From: Girardia tigrina
Taxonomy: Eukaryota
Assembly (NCBI GenBank): GCA_001938485.1
Contig: MQRK01231233.1
Location: 40,534-95,388, forward strand
Length of the DNA stretch: 54,855 nucleotides
Reading direction: 5' to 3'
In this document: in pieces, positions 43,392-54,855 of the stretch
Numbering within the stretch: the first letter of the stretch is position 1
Layout of the letters: every line of letters starts with the position of its first letter
The notes under the pieces: generated by a model
What the model was told of the DNA's origin: nothing
What the model saw: only the letters and a program-made list of their open reading frames with translations
The model's database searches: none
Position numbers and translations under genes: made by a program

Positions 43392-44639
43392 TAAAAACAA
43401 AAATACGCCATTTGTTAAATAGACATTTAATTTTCAAGAAAATTAATTTCGACGGTATAACCGTCATCGCCAGGTCTCAAGAAACAAAATGAATTTTAAA
43501 TCTGCTTATATAGGCAAGCAGTGGTTATGACATCATTGGATTATTATGTCATCTAAACACGCTTAATAGGGTTTTCAAGAGACTCGTTTGCACATTAATC
43601 TTAGGATCTAAAGATCTGATATAAAGTTCTTCACAGGCCACCCTCTCTCAATAGTTTTTAAAACGAGTACACAGAATTTTAAAATCATTCATGTTTATGT
43701 TTTCGTTCGACTTACAACCCTTTCTGTGTTCTCCAATATTACTCCAACCTACATTCCGACCATGTTCTTGGATTCTCCTACAGAGATAACGGGACGTCTC
43801 TTTTGTGAATCTCGATACAAATATAATATGATTAGAGGACTAATTTTTCGATCTTGGGCATTATCATCAACTTATACAAAAAGGTGTGATAGCATTAACC
43901 AATTAATTAAATTATTGAATACAAATGGTTATTTAAAATCAATTGTTGAAAAATTGACCAAAGAAACAGTTGATAAATTTATTAATGAACCGATTAAAAT
44001 TAGAATCAGCCACTTTAAAATACGTTTTAAGCATTCCATATTCCGAAGGATTTGGTCAATTTGAACGAGCAATTTTAAAATGTATAAATAATGCCTTTAA
44101 TTTTAAAATAATATCACAAACATATAAAATCCAAACAGTATTTTGTAATAAATCTCCAACCCCATTTGGATTATGTTCGGATCTCGTATATAAATTTACA
44201 TGTAATGGATGTAAGGCCACATACATTGGAGAGACGTCCCGTCATATTTGTACGAGAATCCAAGAACATGGTCGGAATGTAGGTGGGAGTAATATAGGAG
44301 AACACAGAAAGGGTTGTAAGTCGAACGAAAACATAAACATGAATGATTTTAAAATTCTGTGTACTCGTTTTAAAAACTATTGGGAGAGAGTGGCCCGGGA
44401 AGAACTTTATGTCAGATCTTTAGATCCTAAAATTAATGTGCAAACAGGTCTCCCGAAAACCCTATTGAGCGTGTTTAGATCACATAATAATTCAATTATG
44501 TCATAACCACTGCTTGCATATATAAGCAGACGTAAAATTCATTTTTTTTCTTGAGACCTGACGATGACGGTTATACCGTCGAAATTAATTTTCTTGAAAG
44601 ATAAATGTCTATTTAACAAATGGTGCATTTTTGTTTTTA
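43392..44639 (+). mobile_element. Penelope-like 3' fragment with a ~410-bp inverted duplication
   Basis: GIY-YIG ORF at 43970-44506. 43392-43800 is the reverse complement of about 44229-44639, with hammerhead-like cores in both arms. Confidence 0.93.
44551..44597 (+). ncRNA. Minimal hammerhead ribozyme motif
   Basis: TTGAGAC-CTGACGA-T-GACGG-ttata-CCGTC-GAAA-TTAA-TT-TTCTTGA; stem I is imperfect. The inverted partner at 43434-43480 has CTGGCGA. Confidence 0.65.
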
Positions 44640-45262
44640 GAAGTTTTATAAGTATCTTTTTTAATAGATTTAACCCTAGAAAGACAAGCAAAAATATAGC
44701 ATTGTATACCAGAGGCATTGTATGCCCTCTTTTTATTTTATATTAAAGAATATTACAAAATTATATTCAAAAAAAATATACTAACATAGCAATTTGATTT
44801 TATTTTTTTACTTTCTATTTGAAGGGACCTTTTAGGTTCGTTATTTTTCTATGGTTAAAAAGGTTTCTGGATTTACAATCGAGCTCCGTTAATAACACAA
44901 CATTTAATTGTGTTTGAAAAAGTATTGGAGGATCAATTTGTGCAGTATACTCTATGTTATTCGTTAACAGTATGTATTGAGTTCATCACAATCAGGTCCA
45001 GCAACCATATTGAAGATATCAAAACTGTATTTCGATTCATTACAAATATTGAAAAGCTTCAATAGCAATATCTACCCGAATAAGAAGATTGAAAGAAAAT
45101 TAAACATACATTTGATTTGGTTCACGAACACGACGTCTAATTTTCTGGATGACAGTATTAAAACAGTATCAGATGCTTTGGAAGTTATCGGCATCCCATC
45201 ATCAATTTCCAGAACCATTTACGAAATGCAAATTAATCTTGATGGTACGTTGGACTGTAATA

Positions 45263-46229
45263 CAGGTTTAGCTCAAAAGTTTCTGCCGAAATTTAAATAA
45301 CAAATGAATATAAACAAAGTATTTAATCATCAACGTCACATAAGTTTTAAAAATATTCACCATCATGCTCAATGCATCGTCACCACCTTCCCGCTAACTT
45401 GTTGATGCAATCCTGGAAGAATTATTGCGGTTTTGAGTCAGCCTGAATATCGTGTATTGTTGAATATCGTGTATTACAGCAGGTGAACTGGCGTAATCCT
45501 TTCCTTGCAAGGCAGATTTCATTGGTCAAAAAAAGTAATAATCCGAGGGGTCCAGGTCTGACGAGTATGGTGGATGTTCAAGAATGTTGAGACGAAGCTG
45601 AGTTCTTCTCTTGTGTGATGGTAGCCGTATGGGGTCTCGCATTGTCGTGCTGGAGGTAGAGATTCTCATGAGAAATTCGTGTTCGCCGTTTTTCAAAAAC
45701 GGCTACATTCAATTTTTCCAATGCACTCAGTAAGTTTTCTTGTTGTATCTCGCGGATCTTCTTTGAGAACAGTTAGTATTTCCTCTTCCAAATTGTATTT
45801 CCACTGTGTGGCTCATCCTCACAGACAAAGTTTCCGCTATTGAATTTTGCTACCCAGTCGGAGCATGTTCTGAGGCCAACTGTGCCTTCACCAAGGATGC
45901 AGTTAATTTCTTTATGATTATTGGTAGTTGAGAGTCCTCTCTTCCAGTTGTAATAAATGATTTTTCTAATATCTTCTCGAGAAAGCTGCATTTTCAGTAC
46001 GAATACTCACTAGAAAAACGAAAAACATTCGTAATAGATTTAAACAATGCTTAATTTCATACAAATTAAGTATTTTATTATAAAAGTTCTGTTCAAATTG
46101 TGAAAATTTTAACATATATTGTTAACAAAAGTACTGAAGAGTACATGGTAAAAATTTCATTAACCGCGAATGCATAGAACTAATTTTAGAAAGCTTTATT
46201 CATCAGCAGAAACTTTTGAGCCAAACCTG
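45263..46229 (-). mobile_element. Internally deleted mariner element
   Basis: TIR CAGGTTT(A/G)GCTCAAAAGTTTCTGC with TA TSD. N-terminal HTH ORF, HDNARPH and HPPYSSDL remnants. Confidence 0.9.
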
Positions 46230-46774
46230 TATGTGTCCTTTTTCGTATTCTAAAGACGCAGAGTATCGATACGAAATGAAGATTCATTAATATTTCATCT
46301 AAGCAGATCAATTAAAGTTGTGCATTACTGCAAAAGATGCAAAGATGAGTTTTTTCAGATTAGCATTCCATTCTTCGAACAAATTTTTATTGACATATTT
46401 TTGGAGGTTATATTGATCGATTTTATTGATTACTACAACCCATTAATTGCTATCCAAAATAAGAAAAGTAAAGTAGTCTTTAGTTATTTTTATTAGTTTT
46501 AATTTGCCATTATTATTATCCATAATAGAACGTTATCAAAGTTATTCAGTTTTTAATGATCTGGGAATCTTTAAAAGGTACAACCAATTTCTGTATTCGG
46601 CTATCCTGAAGGTATCTCACTTCGTTCATAGAACATATTACCGTAATACGTTTACATAACTATACGTCTTTTTGCCTAAATTAGCCAAAATGTGATATAA
46701 GTATTTTTTATAAATTTAATTGTTTAAAGCATTTAATAAAAGTAAACAATTAAGTAAAATTTTTATTTTTCTAG

Positions 46775-47090
46775 ATGGGTTTTGTGTGCAAATCATATGG
46801 AACCAGTCAAAGGGTTTTTGGGAAGATATTTAAGAAGAAAGCTAATTCAGTCAGAATGGCAGGAAAAGAAACATGATGAGGCCTTGCTGACGACTGTTGA
46901 GTGGATATCAAAAGTCTGGCAACATATAAATAAATTCCTGGAAAGTCACAGTTCCTCAGATGTGACAATCGGACCAAGATTGTTTCTGTCTTGTCCTATG
47001 AGCATGGAAGGGTCACAGATATGGTTCACAGATTTATGGAACTACTCGCTTGTCCCATATTTACTAGAAGCAGTAAGAGAAGGATTACAG
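46775..47090 (+). CDS. NAV: Neuron navigator exon (WVLCANHMEPVKGFLGRYLRRKL...PYLLEAVREGLQ)
   Basis: Near-invariant NAV C-terminal AAA region (SSSDVTIGPRLFLSCP, WFTDLWNYS). ctag acceptor and gtaaat donor. Confidence 0.97.
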
Positions 47091-47505
47091 GTAAATTTGT
47101 TAGTGAATTACACTAATGTGTTCATTTGATTACATTTCCATTCCTTTACTTATATTTTTGCTTCTTGCGAATTATTAATTGTACTTTGAATCTTTTTCAT
47201 TATTTTTTGTGTAACTTGATATTAAAACAATTAATTTCACCGAACAAGCTGTAGAACTGAACTAGTCAAACATGGTTTGCATAATTAGTCTTAATTAAAG
47301 CTATTCAGGACTCTTCATACGGGGTATTGTACGACGTTTGAAAATCCCCTTCCAATTAGTATCAGGGTCTTCTATTCAAACGTAAAAACTGTAATAACTC
47401 TGCTTTTTTAACCGGTATTCTCTAATTATTGCATATTTCCTCAAATATGATGCCTATTTATGTTCACTTCATTCTGATGTAATATGTTATGATTGTTTTT
47501 TAGTC

Positions 47506-47534
<29 letters not shown>

Positions 47535-47537
<3 letters not shown>

Positions 47538-48937
47538 TTAACGCATTTTAAAAAAAAACAACGTTGGACATATTTCGGTCACAATCTTTAATCAGCTTTA
47601 GCAACTTTGATTGGGTTGTAATTAATTTTTTTCTATTATTATTAGTTTTTTAATAATTTATTTAAATTTATAATATAAAATGGTAACAAAAGTTTCCAAC
47701 TTTTTGGTTAATATTTTAATTAATTTTATTTATTTTTTTAAAAGATATTTTATATTGAGGTTGCTTTTCTTGCATATTTTGGATGTTAATCCATTGGTTA
47801 TAGTGTCTTATCAGCAATGATTCACAATACAACCTCTCACAATGTGAATCAATATTCTTCAGAAAAATAGAAAATTCATCTTTTGAAATATCACGAAAAA
47901 AGAAAATTTTAAATTAGTAAATTTTTCTGACCAAAATGGTGTTTGATTATTTAAAAGACTTTCCATTGTTTTTTCAGTACCTTATATATATATATATAAT
48001 ATTGAGACTTGTGAACGCAAGTGTAATATTTTGAAAATATAATTTGATTAAACCTTTTTTTTATATAATTATTGATCATATTTCGATGTATTAAAAGACA
48101 AACAATTTGAATTGAAAAAGGCTACAAATATTTACATTAATAACAATAAGAAATTAAAAATGATGAAGAAAAAACATAACATTAGACAAATTATGTACAG
48201 ATGTACGAGTTAAGAAACAATTAAGAGAAGAAAATACTGAAGAATACAAATAAATCATTAAAATTCCATATTCTAAAGGATTTAGAGCGTTTAAGAAGAG
48301 TATTTGTAGAACAATAAAGTTTCAAAGTTTCCTTTCAAACAAATCGAAAACAGTTTGTGGTTTGCAAGCTAATCTGGTATATAAATTTAATTGTCATGGG
48401 TGTCAAAACTCATACATCGGAGAGACAAATCGTCATCTCAAAGCCCGGATTAGCGAGCACTCGCAAATGAGTCGATCGAGAAAGGTTCTTGATCATTGGT
48501 TGTGTTGTAAGGATAGAACCTCATCCATTTCAAAAGATGAGTTTTCTGTTCTACAAAAGGGTTTTGATTCACATTACGAACGACAGTTTTGTGAATCTCN
48601 NNNNNNNNNNNNNNNNNNNNNNNNNNNNNNNNNNNNNNNNNNNNNNNNNACGAACGACAGTTTTGTGAATCTCTACTAATAAGACACTACAACCCATCAA
48701 TTAACATTCAGAATGGGCAAAGTAAGGTTATTTCAATACTTAAAATATTTAATTAAAATATTTTTGCCGTTATTACCCAATAATACTTTAATAAATAATA
48801 ATATTTAATTCGTAATATACCTTTTAAAGTTAATATATCTATTAAATTTGTATTAAAATTGCTGATGATGATGTATATCAACATCGAAACATGTCCAATA
48901 ATTATATAAAAAAAGCTTTAATCACATCATATTTTCA
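47535..48937 (+). mobile_element. Penelope-like 3' fragment with an inverted partial copy
   Basis: GIY-YIG segment (LVYKFNCHGC..SYIGETNRHLKARISEH) at 48362-48679. About 47780-47890 is an inverted copy of about 48525-48720. (TA)n tracts lie at the boundaries. Confidence 0.85.
48858..48899 (+). ncRNA. Minimal type I hammerhead ribozyme motif (intact core)
   Basis: ATTG-CTGATGA-T-GATGT-atatca-ACATC-GAAA-CATG-TC-CAAT: stem I ATTG/CAAT, 5-bp stem II, palindromic minimal stem III, GUC cleavage triplet. Confidence 0.85.
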
Positions 48938-49023
48938 ATATATATATATAAAGTTTCTTTAAATCAAATGGCAATTTCGTCAATAAACAAAAATAACACC
49001 ATTTTAATTTTAAATTTTTATTC

Positions 49024-49061
49024 GAAAACATGTTTCGCCACTTTTATGGCATCTTCAGTTC
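49024..49061 (-). ncRNA. Minimal hammerhead ribozyme motif
   Basis: GAA-CTGAAGA-T-GCCAT-aaaa-GTGGC-GAAA-CATG-TT-TTC on the minus strand. Confidence 0.7.
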
Positions 49062-49250
49062 TGTATTTAATTAGAAAGTTATTGTTTATGTAGAAAGATG
49101 ACCATTATGTCACAGTGTGTTACGTCAAAATACTCTAATATGATTGGACGAATCACTTTGTACATTTATACTAGGTTTAAGAAACTTTATCAAGAGTGCT
49201 TCAGTAATTGTCCTTTCATAATTGTGATCAAAGTTACTAATCAAAACCCG

Positions 49251-49494
49251 TTAGAGTTCAAACATATGGCTGAGCCACATCCGATGCGTTGCCACACCAG
49301 ATAATAATTTTGCCTCTTAGGCACTGAATTATCATTACTTCTGGGCGAGATTCAGACTTAGAGGCGTTCAGTCTTAATCTCTCGGATGGTAGCTTCGTAC
49401 CAATGACCTTTCGATCAAGCACATTTACCAGTGATCCGAATCTGNGGTTCCTCTCGTACTGAGCAGAATTACCATTGTAATGACGCTTTTATAT

Positions 49495-49548
<54 letters not shown>

Positions 49549-49595
49549 ATTGGTGGGTTAACAATCCAACGCTTTGTGAATTCTGCTTCACAATG
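49251..49595 (-). rRNA. 28S rRNA 3'-region fragment (pseudogene) embedded in a Penelope inverted-repeat unit
   Basis: Reverse complement of conserved LSU sequence: CATTGTGAAGCAGAATTCAC, GGGAACGTGAGCTGGGTTTAGACCGTCGTGAGACAGGTTAGTTTTACCCTACT, the sarcin-ricin loop AGTACGAGAGGAAC (49447-49460) and CTGAACGCCTCTAAGTC. 49251-49325 is inferred to be the following variable segment. Confidence 0.93.
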
Positions 49596-49653
49596 GTTAT
49601 CTTCACGTAATGGTCATCTTTCTATATAAACAATAACTTTCTAATTAAATACA

Positions 49654-49691
49654 GAACTGAAGATGCCACAAAAGTGGCGAAACATGTTTTC
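49654..49691 (+). ncRNA. Minimal hammerhead ribozyme motif
   Basis: GAA-CTGAAGA-T-GCCAC-aaaa-GTGGC-GAAA-CATG-TT-TTC. Confidence 0.72.
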
Positions 49692-49784
49692 AAATAAAAA
49701 TTTAAAATTAAAATGGTGTTATTTTTGTTTATATATATATATATAAAACAAAAAATAGCCATTTTTCCAAACAATTATTTTTAT

Positions 49785-49828
49785 TTAGCAATACTAGTTT
49801 CGCCATATTGGCATCTTCAGTTGACTAA
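49785..49828 (-). ncRNA. Minimal hammerhead ribozyme motif (separate family)
   Basis: TTAGTCAA-CTGAAGA-T-GCCA-ata-TGGC-GAAA-CTAG-TA-TTGCTAA on the minus strand; GUA triplet; flanked by (TA)n tracts. Confidence 0.75.
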
Positions 49829-51711
49829 TTGAAATTTCAGATTTAAGTCCCTTTTATATAGCGGGACCCTTATATATATATATATATATATATACATATG
49901 TGTGTGTGTTTATAGATATAATAAATAAGACAAGATATTATTTTAAATAAATATATCACTAATGCTTTTCATTTACAATAACTGACATTCGATGTTGTAA
50001 AATACAGGAAGTTAGTACCATTCAAATTAAAATAACTGATCCGGGGAGGATAATTTAACCAGTTATCAGATCAAAGAACTGAGTCTGTATTACTGGTATC
50101 GCCTGACTTGGTTATTTAAAATATTATTTAAAAATATTTTTCCTACATTAAGTTAAGGCCGAATAAAGGATGTCTAATTGTTAGGAGCCGGTTTGGATAA
50201 TATTCGATTAATATTCAACTAATAAATGCGTTGAAAATGGTCGTATATCTTCCATGGAAATTTATCGTAATTCCGCTGAAGTAATTTATCGTTAGTTCAA
50301 AATACTCATCAATATGAGGCAGCGCTATAGAAAATGCATGCAAGTTGTAAAATTATATAATAAATTTATTAATAATACACTGAAACTAGTTTTTATGTGG
50401 TCCTTTTTTATGCGATCTCATATGCACAAATAAAAAATCGCATAAGAACAGGTTTAGTGTAAAAATAATAATTATTTGGAATTATATCTTTTTCAAAATT
50501 TGACCGAGAATTCATAATTATCAAAATTTTATTAATGATATTACAAATTTTCATCTCCTTCTCTTTACATACTTTTTTCATTTGCATTTTCATTTCTCTT
50601 TTTTAAAAAAAATCTATTTTCATTTTTCAAATTTCATTTATTTAGTTAATCCCTTTTTCTTTTAAATTTTAAAATAATTGTAATTATTTTTAATTAAATT
50701 ATTAAATTGTGTTTATATTTATTTTGTCTGTTATTTCTTTTATTAACCATCATTAAACTTTTTTTCGATTTTTTATTATTAATTTTTAATATTTTTGAAA
50801 TATTTTTTTTTATTTTTTGTGTTTATAAAAATTTTAAATTGCTGTTTTTCTTAAAAAATTTATGTATATTTTTTAGATTTTTGAATTTATTTTGTTTTTT
50901 TTATTTTTTAAAATAATAATATTAGATTTGAATGTTCCAAAGAGTTTATTTTGTGAGATGAAATTTTAAATAACTCATTATAATTATCATTATAATAAAA
51001 GTAATTATTATTGTTAGAAGACAACGATTCTACTCTAAAATATATTTATTAAACTTACATACAAACATGCATACATAGTTTATATATTAAATAAAAGGAG
51101 AGTCAAAGTTTAACTCTGTTCTCGAACCGGTAATAGTTATAATACAAATTTAGAAATATTCTAAAGTTGTTGATTATGTAATATTTTATTTAATTAATTT
51201 TAATTTAATTTTGTAATATCTCGCAATTATTATTAACAACATTATGATTTTGTGAACATTTTCAGAACATTCATCACAATAATAATAATATAATTATTAT
51301 TATTAATTAATGATATGTTATTAAATTGTAAAATTACATTAACTTATTATTTAGATAAATATATAATATTTATTAATAGTGTCGTGTAATTACATGATGT
51401 TGTATATGGGTCTATCGAAAAGATCTAAAAGAAACATTTATGTCATCTGCTTTTGTAAATGATGAACATGTTCTAGTCGCATCGGTCATTCTAATTCTTA
51501 CATCAAAGTGCCGTTAAAGCGCATTTTCCGACCGCTATATTTGGCGGTTAATACTTATTCTAATACGATAATGCAATTATAATTAATATGTATTAAAAAT
51601 TTCATGAATGTCGTTTATTTGCATAATGGTATTAATAATTAAATGATTATTCCATGTTTGTGGATCTTTTTGTAATTTATGTCTGTCTATTTCATATTTT
51701 CTTGTTTTCAG

Positions 51712-52221
51712 ACATTTGGTCGTCGTTCTAATTGGGAAGATCCCGTTGACTGGATTCTTCAGACTTGGCCATGGGCATCATCAAATGTTAAAACTCGTAA
51801 TTCCGATCCCAGTTCATTAATCCGCTTACGGCCAGAGGATGTCGGATATGATAGTCAGATACCTTTAAATTTAACAGTGTCATCGTCATCTTCATCATCC
51901 AACTGCCAACCTGTCTCTTCATCACAACTAATACCACAAAACCAACATTCTAAATATCTACAAGATCCAAAAATTCTTTCATTTACTGGTTCTTCGCCTC
52001 ACAGACATCTGACATCAAACAATACATTTCCTCGTGCCGATCCCCTTCTCAATATGTTAATAAAACTACAGGAAGCTGCAAATTATTCGACCAGTCCTAG
52101 CAGTAATGATAGTGATGTACCTTCAAGTAAATCAAACTCATTATCCCGAATAAACTCGTCGATCAACTCTTCCGGACAGACGTCTCAAATACACAAGATC
52201 TTCAAAACTGATATTCTTTAA
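51712..52221 (+). CDS. NAV: Neuron navigator terminal exon (FGRRSNWEDP...LRPEDVGYD...DPLLNMLIKLQEAANYS)
   Basis: ttcag acceptor, phase 0. Conserved NAV tail motifs WEDP, LRPEDVG and DPL.NML..LQEAANY; stop at 52221. Confidence 0.95.
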   Translation, partial: TFGRRSNWEDPVDWILQTWPWASSNVKTRNSDPSSLIRLRPEDVGYDSQIPLNLTVSSSSSSSNCQPVSSSQLIPQNQHSKYLQDPKILSFTGSSPHRHLTSNNTFPRADPLLNMLIKLQEAANYSTSPSSNDSDVPSSKSNSLSRINSSINSSGQTSQIHKIFKTDIL

Positions 52222-53036
52222 CTGATAGTATATTTAAACAGTTGTCGATGTATTGTTTCTATTGGGCATCCCATGTCAACCAAATGTACATTTTTAAACG
52301 GTTTCCTGAGATTCTAGTAGATAATGCAGCTCTAATTATTGCTCATGTTTATAGTCGATAATTTATTATTATGTCGGGGAATATTCTAACAATATCTTAT
52401 TTGATTATTTTATATTCTAGAGCTGATTTTATTGTTTTATCATTGACACGTGAAATTAACATTTTGATTTTTCCTGGTTTAAAAATGTAGATTTGGAATG
52501 TGACTTTGAATAATTATTACATTTTAACAAGGCTACGTGTTTTGATTCTGGGGTTAGTCCGGCGAGCCCATATACTTGTAGGGGTTAGGGAGATCACAAA
52601 TTCGGCTTTGGATGCAGAGAACATTTTATTTTCCGATTTCGCAAACCCTCACATTTTAAACTCTCATATTAAGTTATATGTGACCGACCAGCTATTTCCA
52701 CAACCAATTGTCACTGTGAGGAATGATGTTGTTTTTGAGAGGAGTTTCTCCTTTCCTGATGGATCATTGATTAATACTTTTTAGTTATCATTTGAAAGTG
52801 ACTCAATTTGATTTTAAATTGTAAAGATTAAATTATCTTTAAAATTTATTAACAGTTCATTTAAATAATTAATATTTTTATGAGTAAAATTTGTAAAATA
52901 AATTTAATAAAATTCATATTTAAAAATAAGTAGTTTTTGTTAATTTAATTTTAGCCAATAATACATTCGATAAATGATTTTAATTATTAACTAAATTTTG
53001 TGTGTTTCGATTTCAGAAGTTTAAATGAAAAGTATA

Positions 53037-53718
53037 TCAATCAAGAAAGATGAATAACTCGCGAATTAACACGACAGTGGAGACAAATAGAAGCAAAAAC
53101 TGGGTGGATATACTTCCTGAAATTGAATTTTGTTTAAATGCTGCTGTCCAAAAATCATTAAAAATGAGTCCGGCCGAAATAGTTTTCGGTTTTAAAATCA
53201 ACAGAGAATGGGGTAGCACAGATAGAACTAATAACAGAGATGAATGAATACAAGCAGCTATAAAAAAATAAAAAATAGTTAATTATCAAAATGAAAATCG
53301 GGGTAACAGACATTTTTAAATAAATGAGGAAGTTTTAGTAAAAAAAGAAAGTCGTGTGAAAGACGATAACAGATATGAAGGATCTTATCGAGTAACTAAA
53401 AAGATTCACGATCGTAGTTATGAGTTGGAAAATAATACTGGAAAAATAATACGTAATATAGCGTGGCTAAGATCTTTTAAGAAAGGGGGGATGTTAGGAA
53501 TAATACTATCGGTCACTAAGTATTATAAATTATTATTATCACATTATTGTTTAGAATTATCATTCAAATCTTTATTAATTTATTTAAAATTAATTAAATA
53601 TGGTTCCAATTATTCCGTAATTAATTCTCGCAAGTTTTATGTTTTGTTTTAATCAGAATAAAATTTTGGTAACAAGTTTGAATTCGTCTTGTTAATTCAA
53701 TTTAGATATCGACTAACA
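53037..53718 (+). mobile_element. Gypsy 3' end: integrase C-terminus, PPT and 3' LTR
   Basis: WVDILPEIEFCLN..SPAEIVFG and YEGSYRV motifs. PPT AAGAAAGGGGGGA at 53479-53491; LTR TGTTAG...CTAACA at 53492-53718. Confidence 0.85.
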
Positions 53719-54510
53719 AATACCACATTTATTTATTTATAAAATAAGCATAATTATGAGAGGTTAGTTAAAAATTCATATCACCAAATAATTAATTGAG
53801 AAAATTCAAATTTAATATTACAATTATAAAAAAATTTTTCAAAAATTTTAATGGAAACGGAGCTTTTTCATAAAGGATACTATGAATTGCATTTTTGTGT
53901 TCTGCACTACAAAAAAGAAGCTCTGACACTTACCACATTAATTCAAAAGAGGAGATTCTTCATTTCAAAGAATAAATTAAGTAAAAATTTACAACATTTT
54001 ATAGAAAGATCAAATAAAATCAATTATTGAATATTTAAAAAGCGTTGCAATAAATAAACATTTATTAAAAAGTTGTTCGACTTTTATTGTAATTTTGAGT
54101 CATAAAAATTTTTATAATTATAATAATCGTGGTGGTAATTTACATAAAACAGTAAAAAATAGAAACAAATTAATGAATTTCAATTTTCAACAAAAACAAT
54201 TTTATATAATCTCAATTAACATTAATTTCAATAAATTGTTTCCTCTAATGTTCGATTTTTATAATTATAACTATTATGATATTCGTTTTTTGTAATCTAC
54301 ATGAAACCGTAAAAGATAAAATCCATTACGGAATTTCAAAAAAAAATTTCCATCATTTTACAGAAACTCTATTAAATAATTTGCATCAATTTAAATCAAC
54401 TTATTATTTTATTAATTACCGAAATCACAAATTTCAATGAATTGCGCCCCCAAAAAAACAAATAAATCCTAATTTTGTTTAAATAATCCCATCAAATTGA
54501 CCCGCGCAAA

Positions 54511-54855
54511 ATGCCAAGTTACTACGATTTGAATATCGCCGAGTCGAGCAAAAGCAAAGACATCGTCCGTTACGTCCGGTGCGGTTACACGCGTCTCGCA
54601 CTCAATCGAATCGTCAACGTCGACGATTTCTTTCCCGTTGAAACGGACTCGAAGAAATCGTCGAAAGAGAAACGCGCCCAATTTCGACAGTCGTGCGAGT
54701 CGCGTCTCCGACCGCCGGACGGGCGCGCGCTTATCGACCGAGACGTGCGAGAGGCCGCAGCGAAACTGGGCTGCCAAGTCGAGCTGTTCTCGAGGCTCAC
54801 GATCGCCGCGGCCGATCTCAACGCGCTCACGAACTTCCTGCGGGAATTCGCGACC
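54511..54855 (+). CDS. RPP30: Ribonuclease P/MRP protein subunit p30, 5' part, runs off the window
   Basis: ATG at 54511 opens MPSYYDLNI...CGYTRLALNRIV...VELFSRLTI with no stop to the window end. Matches the Rpp30 pattern (F/Y)DLN...GY..(I/V)A.N...I.(T/S)RLTI. Not in the ORF track because it is open-ended. Confidence 0.85.
   Translation, partial: MPSYYDLNIAESSKSKDIVRYVRCGYTRLALNRIVNVDDFFPVETDSKKSSKEKRAQFRQSCESRLRPPDGRALIDRDVREAAAKLGCQVELFSRLTIAAADLNALTNFLREFAT

Larger units (their letters stand above)
48983..49732 (-). mobile_element. Non-coding Penelope-derived inverted-repeat unit carrying a 28S rRNA fragment
   Basis: 48983-49250 aligns with the PLE 3' end at 9800-10060. About 49604-49732 is an inverted copy of about 48983-49110. 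The rRNA lies between the arms. Confidence 0.88.

Noticed and set aside
44670-44690. TTAACCCTAGAAAGA, matching the canonical piggyBac terminus
   Set aside because: No matching right TIR or recognisable transposase was found; at most a lone end, and not evidence of vector DNA.
48576-48673. Identical 24-mer on both sides of an N gap
   Set aside because: Typical unmerged contig overlap, not a biological repeat.
49251-49595. Functional rDNA locus or R2-type insertion site
   Set aside because: Only a short 28S fragment is present, with no 18S, 5.8S or ITS, and it is bounded by PLE sequence.
52500-52784. 94-aa ORF downstream of the NAV stop codon
   Set aside because: Non-ATG start and no recognisable motif; probably 3' UTR or a TE remnant.
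54469-54830. Minus-strand ORFs (102 aa and 81 aa) at the window end
   Set aside because: These are shadow ORFs of the GC-rich + strand RPP30 CDS.

Overview
This is a very AT-rich animal (invertebrate) genomic window. It is dominated by the 3' part of one + strand host gene, a neuron navigator/UNC-53/sickie-family coiled-coil plus AAA+ protein. Twelve exons can be spliced in frame from 3142 to 52221, and introns are either tiny (44-54 nt) or huge (up to 19.7 kb). The 5' end of an RPP30 gene starts at 54511. The large introns are filled with decayed, nested transposons: mariner, pogo/Tigger, hAT, piggyBac-type MITEs, Ty3/gypsy elements, solo LTRs and several Penelope-like elements (PLEs). Four things stand out. 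(1) Most PLE copies carry an inverted duplicate of their 3' end with minimal hammerhead-ribozyme motifs. (2) One such hammerhead-flanked inverted-repeat unit has captured about 345 bp of 28S rRNA in place of its own ORF. (3) A gypsy element carries a host LRRC46-like gene fragment, with an upstream RFX X-box-like motif, inserted inside its 5' LTR between 6-bp direct repeats. (4) A pogo transposase contains a host-sized spliceosomal intron. All calls are by eye, with no database searches.
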